NCBI GenBank assembly: GCA_038213805.1
Contig: JBBQSO010000042.1
Coordinates: forward strand, 1 to 45,092
DNA length: 45,092 nt
Source: Planctomycetota bacterium
GTDB lineage: Bacteria; Planctomycetota; UBA11346
Direction of reading: 5' to 3'
Shown: positions 1 through 10,700 of the stretch, piece after piece
Position numbering within the stretch: position 1 is the stretch's first letter
Layout of the letters: each line of letters starts with the position of its first letter
Notes under the pieces: model-generated
Databases searched by the model: none
The model's input: the letters and a program-made list of their open reading frames with translations, nothing else
Told to the model about the DNA's origin: nothing
Made by a program: the position numbers and the translations under genes

Positions 1-197
1 ACCGCGGCGCGGTTCCGGAGGGCGCAGGCGGCGGTCGCGGCCTCGAGCGAGTCGAAGGCGTCGTGGGTGCCGAAGGCGTCGACGACGCAGGGGCGACCGG
101 CGCGGTTGGTGGCGACGTGGAAGGCGGCAGGGGCGAGCGCGACGCTGAGCAGCAGGGGCGGCGCAGCGGTAGTACTGGTGGTGGCGCGGGTGCCCAT
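1..197 (-). CDS. Partial hypothetical protein running off the window's left edge (MGTRATTSTTAAPPLLLSVALAPAAFHVATNRAGRPCVVDAFGTHDAFDSLEAATAA...)
   Basis: ATG at 197, 3 nt after the sugar porter stop. The frame is open to the edge with GC-rich third codon positions. No family recognised. Confidence 0.45.
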   Translation of the reverse strand, partial: MGTRATTSTTAAPPLLLSVALAPAAFHVATNRAGRPCVVDAFGTHDAFDSLEAATAACALRNRAA

Positions 198-200
198 GGC

Positions 201-1607
201 TCAGTGTATACCAAGATGCTGCTGGATGCCTTCGAGCGAGGCGCCTTTGGTCTCGGGCATGTAGCGCCACGCCAGGAAGGCCTGGAGCAGCATCATCGCG
301 GCGAAGAAGGCGAAGGCGTGCCCGCCCGAGGCGCTGGCGATGACCGGGAAGATCCAGCTGATCGCCGCCGCCCACACCCAGTGGACGAGGCTGCCCAGCG
401 CCTGGCCCTGGGTGCGCACGCGGTTGGGGAAGATCTCGCTGATGAACACCCAGATCACCGCGCCCTGCGAGAAGGCGAAGCACGCGATGTAACCGAGCAG
501 GCAGGCGAGCACCAGCGCGCCGTCCTGACCGGTCGCCGGGCTGCCTGGCGGGTGACGGTAAAAGGTCCACGCCACGCCGGCCAGGCACAGCGCGGTGCCA
601 AGCCCGCCGACGATCAGCAGCGGCCGGCGGCCGAAGCGGTCGATGCAGGTCATGGCGAGCAGGGTGAAGACCAGGTTGGTGCCGCCGAGCAGCATGGACT
701 GGAACAACGCGGTTCCGCGGTCGGCCCCGGCGAGCGCGAAGATGTCCCCGGCGTAGTAGATCAGCGCGTTGATGCCCGACACCTGGTTGAAGGTCGCCAC
801 CAGGATGGTCGCGATGATGGGCAGGGAGTGGGCACGCTGGAACAGACGCTCGCGCCGCCCAACCACCACGCCGGGCAGCGAGGCGCGGATCCGTTCCACC
901 TCTTGCGCGGCGTCGACGGTACCCAGCCCAGCGAGGACACAGCGCGCCTCGTCGTCGCGGCCACGGCCGACCAGCCAGCGCGGGCTCTCGGGGATGAATG
1001 CCAGCAGCACGAAGAAGGCGGCCGCCGGAACCATCTGCACCGCCAGCATCCAGCGCCAGGCGCTGTCGCTGCTGCCGCAGATGCTGAAGACCGCCCAGTT
1101 CGACACGTAGGCGAGCAGGATGCCGCTGACCACGTTGGCCTGGCTGATCGCGACCAGGCGTCCGCGCAGGCGCGCCGGCGCGATCTCGGCGATGTAGAGC
1201 GGCGACACCACCGAGGCGGCGCCCACCGCGATGCCGCCGAGGAAGCGACAGGCGACCAGCACCGACCACACCGGTGCCAGGCTGCAGCCCAGCGCGGACA
1301 TGAAGAACAGCGCCGCGACCGCGTACAGGACCTTGCGTCGGCCGAAACGCTCGCTGGGCGCACCGCCGAGCAACGCTCCGACGATGGTGCCGAGCAGCGC
1401 GCTTGCCACGGTGAAGCCGAGCTGCACGCCGCCGGCATCGAGGGCGAAGACCCGCGGCAGCACCGCGGTGGTGCCGGAGATCACCGCGGTGTCGAAGCCG
1501 AAGAGCAGGCCGCCCAGGGCCGCGACGATGCTGCTGGGCACGACGCCGAAACGGGCGGTGGGAGTGCTCGCCGCGAGGGCGGGCGCGGAGGTTTCCGTGA
1601 CGTGCAT
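201..1607 (-). CDS. Sugar porter family MFS transporter (XylE/AraE/GalP-like), ~468 aa
   Basis: Motifs GGLLFGFDTAVISG, ERFGRR, PLYIAEIAPARLRG, PESPRWL, QVSGINALIYY, DRFGRR, SEIFP and PETKG, with about 12 hydrophobic segments. Start set at MHVTET (1607). Confidence 0.95.
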   Translation of the reverse strand: MHVTETSAPALAASTPTARFGVVPSSIVAALGGLLFGFDTAVISGTTAVLPRVFALDAGGVQLGFTVASALLGTIVGALLGGAPSERFGRRKVLYAVAALFFMSALGCSLAPVWSVLVACRFLGGIAVGAASVVSPLYIAEIAPARLRGRLVAISQANVVSGILLAYVSNWAVFSICGSSDSAWRWMLAVQMVPAAAFFVLLAFIPESPRWLVGRGRDDEARCVLAGLGTVDAAQEVERIRASLPGVVVGRRERLFQRAHSLPIIATILVATFNQVSGINALIYYAGDIFALAGADRGTALFQSMLLGGTNLVFTLLAMTCIDRFGRRPLLIVGGLGTALCLAGVAWTFYRHPPGSPATGQDGALVLACLLGYIACFAFSQGAVIWVFISEIFPNRVRTQGQALGSLVHWVWAAAISWIFPVIASASGGHAFAFFAAMMLLQAFLAWRYMPETKGASLEGIQQHLGIH

Positions 1608-1844
1608 GGCTTCACCCGAGGGCAAGGAGGAGGGCGGGGGCATGCCGTGCATTGTACCGGCATGCCGCGGACCGCCATGCACTCCGACCCATCGGTGCAT
1701 GCATTTTTGTGATATTCCGGGCGGCGCGCAGCCGAACCTCAACAGGTGGGAAGCGCCCCGCTCCCCCGCGCCGTCTCCTGCTCACCTCGGCTTGCCGTCC
1801 GAGGCGACCGCGGAACTGCTCGCACCGTGGCCCGCGCGCTTACC

Positions 1845-4025
1845 TCACAGCGGCGTCCCATTCACCTTCGTCCACGGCGTGAACGCGCCCATGCCGTGGA
1901 TCTTCACGGCGCGCTTCCAAATGCTGCCGCCGCAGAACGCGAACAGGGTGGTCATGCCCGGTCCGCCCAGGCACACGCCCAGCACCCGCGCGTGGCCGGG
2001 CACCGGCAGGATGACCTGGGCTGGGCCGTCATCAGCGCACACCTGCACGCCCAGGCGCGTGGCCAACAGCAGTTGGCCCTCGCGCGCGTAGCAGATGCCC
2101 TGCGTGCCGGCGTCGTCGTCCTGGTCGGCGACTTCGAGGTGGAAGAAGCGCTCCTTGTCGGTGAGCGTGCCGTCCGGTGCGATGGCCATGCTCCATGCCC
2201 AGTGCGAATGGCCGTCGGCGATCGCCATCAGCCACTGGTCCGGGCGGTAGGCGAGGCCGGTAGGCGTGGCGACGCCGCTGTCCACGACGGTGCGCTGCCC
2301 GCCCCTGAGCAGCCACATCTTCCCGCCCTGGTCGGCGCCGCCCGCGACGTAGAGGCCACCGTCCGGCCGCGCCAGCGCGAAGCGGCCGGGCACGCCCTCG
2401 GCGATGACGTGCGCGGCGCCCATCGCGGGGTGGCCGGTGACCACGCCGGTGCGCGTCGAGACCGCGATGATCTCGCCCGTGGCGGAGACGGTCAGGCCGT
2501 CGGCCTGGCCGGCGTCGGCGACCACCGTGGCGATGTGCCCGTCCAGGCCGATGCAGCGCACGCTGCGCCCGCCGTCGCACAGGAAGAACACCTCGCCGGT
2601 CGGGCCGCAGGCCGGCGCGCGCGCGTCCGCGCCGGCGAAGGCGACCGCTTCCCAGCCGGCTTCGCCCGCGATCACGTCGCGCACGCGCGGCGCGCTGGTG
2701 CCGGCCTTCACCGGCGCCGGCCAGTCCTTCCAGATGAAGCGCATGGCATCCGGGAAGTGTTCGTTCCACCCCGCCACGTGGCCGCCCTCGAGGGCGTGGA
2801 AGGCGTAGTCGTAGCCACTGAAGCGTAGCGCCTTGTCCATCTCCTGATCGAGCAGGAACCAGTCGCCGGCGCAGTTCTCCATGTCGTGGGTACCGGTGGT
2901 CAGGTAGGCGCGAATGGGCCGCGCCTCGCACTTGCGGATCAGGGTGGGAAACTCGTGGCCGCCGCGGAAAGCCACGAAGCTGCCACTGTTCGCATAGACG
3001 CGACTGAACGCGTCGGGACGCTCCCAGGCGGCGTTGAAGGCGGCGATGCCGCCGCTGCTGCCACCGGCGATGCAGCGGTCATTGCCGCTCTGTGACAGCT
3101 TCAGCGCGTAGGTCTGCGCCACCCACGGCAGCAGTTCGTCGACCAGGAAGCGTGCGTAGGCGTCGCCGACGCCGTCGTACTCGAAGCAGCGGTTGCGCCG
3201 GCCGATGGTGCCCGGCAGCGGCGCCGGCAGATCGCCGGGGCGGATGAACACGCCGATCGTCACCGGCATCTCCTTCGCTGCGATGAGCGCCTCGAGCATG
3301 CCCTTCTCGCGGGCGTTGTAGCCGTCCTGGCGCACGTACACGCAGGCGGGGGCCGTGCCGTCGTACTGTGCGGGGATGAACAGCGTGCCGCTGCGCCGCG
3401 TGCCGGGGAAGACCTTGCTGGCGGTGAAGGTGAACTCCTTGAGCTGGCCGCGCGCGATGCTCAGCGGATCGAGGTAGCCCACGGGCACCGTCGCGCCCGC
3501 GAGCGGCCGCAGCACCCACTGCAGATGTTCGTCGCCGGGATTCAGGTCCCACAGGTCCTGGCGCGCGCCCGCCTGATCGGCGCCGGCGAAATCGTCGAGG
3601 CCCTTGCCCGGCGCGTGCTTCGGCACCAGGGTCCACGGGCCTCCGGCCCCACCGCTGATCCGCCACGCCTGCGACGGCTTGCCCGCAGCGGTCTCGAGCA
3701 CCACCGGCGTGGCGTTGGCCGAGCCACCGGCGGCCGCCGCCAGCACCAGGGTCTGCGATTCCGCCGGGCTGATGGCATAGGTGCCATCGCCATTGGCCGT
3801 GACCCGCCACTGCCGTGCGGTCGGATCGGCGGGCGCCGCCAGCGCGACCCGCGCGCCGGCGGCGAGGGCCTCGTCGCCCGTGCCCAGCACCAGCAGGGGC
3901 GCGCTCATCGGCACGATCGTGAAGATGCCGTCCCAACCCTCGGTGTGGGTTTCCGCCGCGCCGCCGCGCGCGCAGCATGAGAGCAGGAGGATCACGAAGG
4001 CCGGGCTGGTGGGGAACCTGCGCAT
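1845..4025 (-). CDS. Secreted fusion: ricin-B lectin + Fes-like alpha/beta-hydrolase esterase + SMP-30/gluconolactonase-like propeller, ~726 aa
   Basis: Signal-peptide-like MRRFPTSPAFVILLLSCCARGGAA. (Q)xW repeats ARQWRV, SQAWRI, HLQWVL. Nucleophile elbow IAGGSSGG with GTHD and GGH. C-terminal TPTGLAYRPD...LGVQV...VCLGGPGMTTLF is typical of SMP-30/SGL. Confidence 0.8.
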   Translation of the reverse strand: MRRFPTSPAFVILLLSCCARGGAAETHTEGWDGIFTIVPMSAPLLVLGTGDEALAAGARVALAAPADPTARQWRVTANGDGTYAISPAESQTLVLAAAAGGSANATPVVLETAAGKPSQAWRISGGAGGPWTLVPKHAPGKGLDDFAGADQAGARQDLWDLNPGDEHLQWVLRPLAGATVPVGYLDPLSIARGQLKEFTFTASKVFPGTRRSGTLFIPAQYDGTAPACVYVRQDGYNAREKGMLEALIAAKEMPVTIGVFIRPGDLPAPLPGTIGRRNRCFEYDGVGDAYARFLVDELLPWVAQTYALKLSQSGNDRCIAGGSSGGIAAFNAAWERPDAFSRVYANSGSFVAFRGGHEFPTLIRKCEARPIRAYLTTGTHDMENCAGDWFLLDQEMDKALRFSGYDYAFHALEGGHVAGWNEHFPDAMRFIWKDWPAPVKAGTSAPRVRDVIAGEAGWEAVAFAGADARAPACGPTGEVFFLCDGGRSVRCIGLDGHIATVVADAGQADGLTVSATGEIIAVSTRTGVVTGHPAMGAAHVIAEGVPGRFALARPDGGLYVAGGADQGGKMWLLRGGQRTVVDSGVATPTGLAYRPDQWLMAIADGHSHWAWSMAIAPDGTLTDKERFFHLEVADQDDDAGTQGICYAREGQLLLATRLGVQVCADDGPAQVILPVPGHARVLGVCLGGPGMTTLFAFCGGSIWKRAVKIHGMGAFTPWTKVNGTPL

Positions 4026-4139
4026 GGCGAGGGCATTCCAAGGAGCGGGTACGTGGGAGCCGGTCTCTGCCGGATGCAGTGCGCGAAGGCGCCCGCGGTT
4101 GTTACCTACTCTCCAGGCCCGCCCACCGCTGACACCCAC

Positions 4140-4386
4140 TGGGCCAGAATGCGCAGGATGGACTGCGGGTGGGGAGCGGCGGGAATACTATCGTCTTTAG
4201 CGTGGGCGGTGTGCTCATGCCTTGGATCTGCTCATCGACCAGCTCGCGATTCTGGACCCGCAATTTTCATTGCCCCCGGCGGTAATCTCAGGTCCAGGAC
4301 GAACGGCAATGTGCAAGATCAACGGCCTAGCCTTCCGCCGCCCGTTACCCGCTGCTCGCCTCTCGCAGCTAGCGCCTATCGCCCAC
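4140..4386. other. Long imperfect intergenic inverted repeat (rod-like hairpin)
   Basis: 4163-4183 pairs with 4348-4368 (21 bp, 2 mismatches, 2 G-U). 4205-4258 pairs imperfectly with 4291-4339. A small apical stem lies at 4269-4286. Confidence 0.5.
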
Positions 4387-4391
4387 CCCCA

Positions 4392-7300
4392 TCACTCCTT
4401 CGGCAACGCCACCTGCTCCTTGCCCATCAGGTACGCGACCAGATCGCGCACCTGCTCCGGCGTCATCAGGCCGAGCAGTCCCTCGGGCATCAGCGACGAT
4501 GGCAGCTCCTGGAGTTTGGCGATCTGGCTGCGCTCGAGCGGCATGACCTCGGTCATGGTCTGGATGACCAGGCCGCGCTCGGTGCGGCTCTTGACCATGC
4601 CGGTGACCACGCGTCCATCGCTGAGGGTGGCGATCACCAGGCGGAAGTCTGCGGCGACCACCGCACTGGGGTCGACCACGCTCTCGAGCAGGAAGGCGAG
4701 GTTGCTGCGCTGCGAGCCGGTCAGGTCTGGGCCGATCGCGCCGCCCGCGCCGAAGAGCTTGTGGCAGGCGCTGCAGGTCTGCACGAAGGTGCGGCGGCCG
4801 CGCCCGGCATCCGCGCCGGCCAGCGCCGCCGGCGAAAGCTTCTCCGTCCAGGCGCGGATCTCCGCCGCCTTGGGCGCGGAGCTGTCGCGCAGCACGCCCC
4901 ACACCGCGGTAAGCTGGGCGTCGAGTTCCTTGTCGCCCAGCGCGCGCAACTGGCGGATGTGGAAGGCGGTGAGGTCGCCGCGCGGCACCTGCTCTGGCCC
5001 ATCCCCGATGGCGGCGACCAGCACGCGCGCGGACGAGGCGCGCCCGACCAGCGCGGCCAGCACCGCGGGCTTGGCGTCGTCATGGAAACCGGCGCGGTAA
5101 CGCTTCACCAGCGCGCCAGCGAGCGCGGGATCGTCGAACAGCGCCAGGCCGCGCACCGCCTCGCCGTTGACGTCCTGGTCGTCGAGCAGGCCGACGCACA
5201 CGGCGCGCAGATCATCGGGCTTGTTCTCGATCAGCGCGTGCAGGGCGGCGCGGCGCTTGCCGGCGTCCTGGGTGCGGTCGAGCGCCAGATGGCGGCTCTC
5301 GGCGAGCGCCGCCTGGCTGCCGAAGAGCACGTCGAGATCGTGCAGCTTCCCGGTCAGCGCCGCGTCGGCGCCGGCGGCCGCGCGGAACGCGTCCCACGCA
5401 CCCGGCTGGGCCGCGTGGCGGCGGCCGAGCAGGCCCTCGCCCAGGCCGGCGACCACCGCGCCCCGGGCTTCCGGGGTGGTGGCAAGCTGCAGCAGCAGAT
5501 CGAGGCCGGCGGGATGCTGATCGAGGTCCTCGCTGAGGCGCCGGGTGGCGTACTGCATGACGATGGGGATGCGGCCGGTGGTGGCGAGGCGGGCGAGATT
5601 CTCCGGCGCAGCCGTGGCGAGGTCCTTGACCCCATACCACAGCATCAGCGGCAGGTTGTGGTCACCGGCATCCTCGGCGTGCGCGAGCAGCGGCGCGGCG
5701 ATGGCGGACCGGGCGGCGAGCGGCAGACGCTGCAGGCAGGCGGCCAGGGCCAGGCGCACGCTCGGCGCGGTTTCGCCCACGGCGAGCTTCTCAAGCGCGG
5801 CGCGCACCGCGTCGTCCATGGTCTCGGCCGGCGGCAGCGTGGCGTTGCCGCGCAGCGGCAGCGCGTCGGTGAGCAGGCGCACCGCCCAGGTGCGCAGCGC
5901 GGGCGCGGCATCGCCGAGCAATCCGATCAGCAGCCCGGCATCGGCGCCGCCGATCCCGTGCAGCGTCCACAGCGCGCGCAGGCGCTGCACCAGCGGGCCG
6001 CTCGCGAGCAGCGCCCGCAGGCGCGGTCGCACGGCGCCGGTGTCGTGGCCCGCGGCAGCGCGGCTGGCGAGCAGCAGCTGCGCCTGGCGCGCATACCAGG
6101 CATCGTCGCGGGTCAGCAGCTCGACCAGCGCGGTGTCATCCGCCTTGGCGAGGTCGAGCGGCCCCGGGGCCGTCGGCGTGCCGTAGGTGACCTTGAAGAT
6201 GCGCCCACTGCTGCGGTGGATGCCGTCGTGCTCGTGGCACTCGCCGATGTCCGACCAGTCGAGCAGGTAGACGCCGCCGTCCGGGCCGCTGTCCAGGTCG
6301 ACGCCGCGGAACCACGGATCAGCGCTGGCGATGACGTCGGGCGCGTGGTGGCCGACGAAGCCCGAGCCCTCCGGCGCCAGGCTGTCCATGTTCACGCGCC
6401 GGCCGTGGAAGTTCAGGGTGAAAAGCCCACCGCGGTAGGCTGCGGGCCAGTTGGCGCCCTGGTAGATCATCAGACCGCTGTGCGCGTGCCCGCCGCCGGC
6501 GGCGGAGGTGGCATCGCTGGGCTTGCCCTTGCGCACGTCCGTCCACTTCTCGCCGGTCGCCCAATGGACGTGGTCGGCGTGCTGGGCGATCAGCCCGTAG
6601 ACCGCCGGGTCGAGATCGGCGCCGCCCATGCGCTGGTAGTGCGCGCCGGGGATGAAGTGCCAGAGATGGCCGATGACGGTGTTGATGAAGAAGCCCTCGC
6701 CCTGCGCGTCCCAGTCCATGCCCCAGGAATTGGTGGTGCCGGACGCGACCGCCTCGAAGACGTGGCGCACCGGGTGGTAGCGCCAGATGCTGCAGTTGAT
6801 GGCCACCCGCCCGCCCGCCGGCGCGCCGGGCAGGCCGACGTGCGAGGTCGCCTGGATGCCGTGGCGGCCGTAGAGCCAGCCGTCCGGCCCCCACTTCAGG
6901 CCGTTGGCGACGTTGTGCCCGACACGGTCGTCGTCGAAGCCGTCGAGCAGCACCTGGGGCTCGCCATCGGGATGATCATCGCCATCAGCGTCGGGGATGA
7001 AGAGCAGGCGCGGCGGGCACAGCGCGAAGACGCCGCCGTGGCCCACGGCGATGCTGGTCAGTTCCGAGCCCTTGTCCCAGAACACCGTGCGCTGGTCGCC
7101 GTGCCCGTCGCCCTTGCTGTCGGCGAAGACCAGGATGCGGTCGCGCAGCTTGTGGTCGAAGTTCGGGTGACCGTCGCCGTAGGTATAGTTCTCGGCGACC
7201 CACAGGCGGCCGCGCCCATCGAAGCTCATGGCGATCGGCTGGCAGACTGCGGGTTCCGACGCGTAGAGCGTGGCGGCGAAGCCGGCGGGCATGGTCAGCC

Positions 7301-7445
7301 GGTGCAGCGACTCCTCGGCCGGGGTCAGGGGGTTGCCGGCGGTCGATTGGGTGTCGTTGGGCACCGGAAAGTCATCGGCGGCGCGCACGGTGGCGGTGGC
7401 GCCGGCGAGCAGGGCGAGCGCGGGCAGCAGGGCGAGGCGGTGCAT
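4392..7445 (-). CDS. PVC-type heme-binding CxxCH protein (membrane-bound dehydrogenase-like propeller + HEAT repeats + cytochrome c), ~1017 aa
   Basis: Signal peptide MHRLALLPALALLAGATATVRA. Propeller motifs QPIAMSFDGRGRLWVAE, ANGLKWGPDGWLYG, FRGVDLDSGPDGGVYLLDW. Ala/Leu-rich HEAT helices. C-terminal GRRTFVQTCSACH...IGPDLTG...SLMPEGL. Confidence 0.9.
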   Translation of the reverse strand: MHRLALLPALALLAGATATVRAADDFPVPNDTQSTAGNPLTPAEESLHRLTMPAGFAATLYASEPAVCQPIAMSFDGRGRLWVAENYTYGDGHPNFDHKLRDRILVFADSKGDGHGDQRTVFWDKGSELTSIAVGHGGVFALCPPRLLFIPDADGDDHPDGEPQVLLDGFDDDRVGHNVANGLKWGPDGWLYGRHGIQATSHVGLPGAPAGGRVAINCSIWRYHPVRHVFEAVASGTTNSWGMDWDAQGEGFFINTVIGHLWHFIPGAHYQRMGGADLDPAVYGLIAQHADHVHWATGEKWTDVRKGKPSDATSAAGGGHAHSGLMIYQGANWPAAYRGGLFTLNFHGRRVNMDSLAPEGSGFVGHHAPDVIASADPWFRGVDLDSGPDGGVYLLDWSDIGECHEHDGIHRSSGRIFKVTYGTPTAPGPLDLAKADDTALVELLTRDDAWYARQAQLLLASRAAAGHDTGAVRPRLRALLASGPLVQRLRALWTLHGIGGADAGLLIGLLGDAAPALRTWAVRLLTDALPLRGNATLPPAETMDDAVRAALEKLAVGETAPSVRLALAACLQRLPLAARSAIAAPLLAHAEDAGDHNLPLMLWYGVKDLATAAPENLARLATTGRIPIVMQYATRRLSEDLDQHPAGLDLLLQLATTPEARGAVVAGLGEGLLGRRHAAQPGAWDAFRAAAGADAALTGKLHDLDVLFGSQAALAESRHLALDRTQDAGKRRAALHALIENKPDDLRAVCVGLLDDQDVNGEAVRGLALFDDPALAGALVKRYRAGFHDDAKPAVLAALVGRASSARVLVAAIGDGPEQVPRGDLTAFHIRQLRALGDKELDAQLTAVWGVLRDSSAPKAAEIRAWTEKLSPAALAGADAGRGRRTFVQTCSACHKLFGAGGAIGPDLTGSQRSNLAFLLESVVDPSAVVAADFRLVIATLSDGRVVTGMVKSRTERGLVIQTMTEVMPLERSQIAKLQELPSSLMPEGLLGLMTPEQVRDLVAYLMGKEQVALPKE

Positions 7446-7508
7446 GGCGGTGTCCGGCGGTGGTCGTGAGCTGGCGGCAACGGTTCGCGGCACCGTTCCC
7501 GCCAGGAT

Positions 7509-7536
7509 TGTTCTCCTGGCGGGCGAAAAGGTTGCA
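7509..7536 (-). promoter_or_regulatory. Candidate ECF-sigma promoter TGCAAC-N16-AGAACA
   Basis: AAC-containing -35 with 16 nt spacing, upstream of the 7445 start. The -10 deviates from CGTC. Confidence 0.3.
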
Positions 7537-7724
7537 CACCAATATGCGTGATGGCGCGGAGGCGTGCATCCCGACGGAGTGGCCGTCGGCCGCCCAATGC
7601 GGGGATCCCGGCGTCGGCGCATGCCAGGACGGCGCAACTCGGTGGCGCCATGGTGACTGAGCGCAGCGCTCCAGCGGGGTGACGCCGCACCATCCTCGTG
7701 GGCGCGTGGCCCAGTCAGCCTTCC

Positions 7725-10700
7725 TCAATGGACCAATTCAGCCGGCGGCGGGAGGTGGGATGGAGCCGCGAGCAGGGCGGCCCGCCACGCGACGAAGCGG
7801 TCCATGATGGGGTCGGGGTCGAAGCCATGGCGCTGCGGCGGCAGAGCCAGGTAGGCCGTGTAGGCGGCGTGCGCGGCCGCCGGCTGGTCCGCGCGCTCGG
7901 CGCGCATGCCGGTCAGGGCCAGCAGCCAGGCCCGGACGCTGAGCTGGTCGGGCTGCGCGAGGAACTCATCTGCACTGCACGCGCCGGTCAGGAAGCGCGC
8001 CGCGTACCACGGACGCTGCGCGTCGGCCCAGCGGAAGCCGGCGATGATCGCGGCGCAGCTGGACGTCAGCGCATCCGGCCGGGCAGGTGGCGCGGACCCG
8101 CCACCCAGGTCGGCGATGAATGGCGCCATGAATCCGCCTGCGAAGGACAGCGTGACGTGGTCGAAGCTGTAGATCAGGCCCGGGGTTTCCGGCGGCCCCG
8201 CCGGGGCGGCCCCCACTGCGCGCCCATCCAGGTCGAGCAGCAGGCGCGCGCCCCAGCCGTCCACGCTGCCGCGGTCGCAGCGCTCGAGCAGCGCGCGCGG
8301 CTGGTCGAGCGCCAGCAGATGCAGCCCCTGGACCCTAACAGGCGGCTCACGCTGCGCCCGGCCCAGGCCGATCTGCGCGACCGCGACCCAGTGGCCGCCG
8401 ACTCCCGGCACCTCAAGCGCCTCCTGGTAGCGGCCAAGCGCAATCAGCACCCGCGCATGCACGTCCGGCTCGAGGTCGCCCTCCGCCAGGGCTTCCTCGC
8501 CGCGGCCCAGCATCGCCAAGCCCATGGCGCGCTGATCATGATCGGAGCAGCGCGCGAGTGCGGCAAATTCGCCAATGCGCAAGCTGGCCTCGGTCCAGAC
8601 CGCGAGCTGATCCGGATAGTCCCGCGCGATCTCGACCCAGCGCCCGAGCTGGGCCAGCGCCTGGACGCAGCAGTTGCGGTTGGCGGGGAACCGGTTGAGG
8701 ATCTCCTGCGGACGGCCGACGGACTTGAAACACTCCGCCGCCGCGCGCTCGGCAAGGTCGATGTCGCGCAGGCCGGCGTCGTAGGTGCGCAGGTAAGCCT
8801 CAAGGAGTTCGCGGCGTTGGTTGGCCGCGGGGATCGTGCGCACCTGGTAGACGTAAGTCGCCCAGCGCACCGCCGCCTGCGCGCGCACTTCCTGGTCAGG
8901 GCGCCGCGCCAGCGCGTCCAGGCCCGCGAGCACCGCCGGGTGGTCGCCGGCGGCGAAAGCGCGGTCGATGCGCTGCAGGAAGACGCGATCGTCGAACTCC
9001 GTGCCGGCCAGCGGCTGCCAGGTGGCGAAGGCCTGATCGTAGCGTTCCATGCGGAACCAGCACAATCCCTCCCGGAACCGCGCCTCGCGCCCGAGACCGC
9101 TGCCGGGGAACGAGGCGGAGACGCGCGCATACTGCCCGGCCGCCGGTGCGAAGCTGCGCTGCTGCGCGAGCACGTCGCCGATCACCGTGGCCGGCAGGCG
9201 CTGCGGCAATCCAAGCGCATAGAGCGACACGTCGGAGAAGGCCTTGCCGCGGTAGTAGCCGTACAGCCCGATGTAGCCGCCGGCGAAGGGGAAGGGATCG
9301 GTATAGGAGAGGATCTGCCGGCCGTCGACCAGCAGGCGCAGGGTGCTGTCGACGATCTCGGCGCGGATGCGGTAGCGGCGGCCGTGCTGCAGGCGGAAAG
9401 GGCTGAGGGCGACCTGGCGCTCGTCGGGCAGGATGATGGCGCTGTAGGAGTTGTCGTAGGCGCCGACCTGCAACTTATACAGGTCGTCGATGCGCGTGGT
9501 GCGCGCACCCTCGAGGTCGGCGTCGCGGCTCCAGCACACCGATAGGTCGCAGAGCGGCGAACCAGGCAGCACCTCGCCGGTGAACTCGATGGCGGTGTCG
9601 CCGGCGCAGCGCGCGCGATACAGCACCAGCGCCTCGTACTTCGAGGTCGATACCAGGCGCCCACCCTGGGGGGCGAAGGCGCCGTCGCGCACCAGCCAGC
9701 GCGCGCGCCAGCCCTCGTCCGCGAAGGTCTCGGTGAGGATCGGCGCGCCCCAGGTGGCGATCTCTTTGAGGCGCTCGCCGAACAGCAGCAGCAGCGGCAC
9801 CGCCAGCGCCACCAGCAGCGCCACCCCCCACAGGGCGGTGCGCGCGTGGCGGCGCAACCAGCGCGCCGCGGTCTCGTGCAGCGGATAGCGGTGCGCGCTG
9901 ACTGCCAGCCCGGTCTGGTAGGCCTCGAGGTCGCGGATCAGCGCGCCCATGTCCGGGTAGCGCGCGGCCGGGTCCGGCGCCAGGGCCTTGAGCGCGATCG
10001 CCAGCAGCGGCGCCGGCACCGCGGCGCGCTCCGCGGGCGTCGGCGCGTCGATCTCGCCGCTGCGCTTGCGCTCCCAGAACTCGTCGAGGTCGTCGCGCCA
10101 CAGCGGCACGCGTAGCAGGAGTGCGTGGAACAGCGTCGCGCCCAGGCAGTACACGTCGCTGACCACGCCCGCGCCCTCGCGCCGCGCCTGCTCCGGGCTC
10201 ATGTACAGCGGCGTGCCGTACATCTTCGCGCTGGCGCGGCCGTCGGCGTCCAGGCGCGCGGCCGCACCCCAGTCGAGTACCAGCACCTCGCCGAAATCGC
10301 CGAGCATGATGTTGGCCGGCTTAATGTCGCCATGCAGGATGCGGCGGTTGTGCGCAAACGAGATCGCCTGGCTGACGGCGATGAAGGCTGTGACGATGGC
10401 GTTGGAAGAGGCCAGCCGGCCGTCGCGCGCATCCAGCCGCGAGGCCACGAGGATGTCGTCCAGCGCGCGGCCCTCGACGTGGCTCATGGTGAAGAACAGG
10501 CGGCCGTCCGCGCTGCGGTCGAGGTCGTGCACCGGCAGCACGTTCGGGTGGCGCAACACGGCGGTCAGACGCGCCTCTTCGACGAAGCCCCGTTCAGCCT
10601 CCGGGTCGGGGCCGTCGCCCGCGCCCAGGAGTTTGACCGCGACCAGTCGATCGAGGTTGCGGTCGCGCACCGAGAAGACCTCGCCGCTGCCGCCGGCGCC

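Noticed and set aside
4288..4307. TCAGGTCCAGGACGAACGGC resembles the SRP (4.5S) RNA domain IV motif
   Set aside because: No GNRA tetraloop closed by CC/GG and the AGCAG strand is missing.
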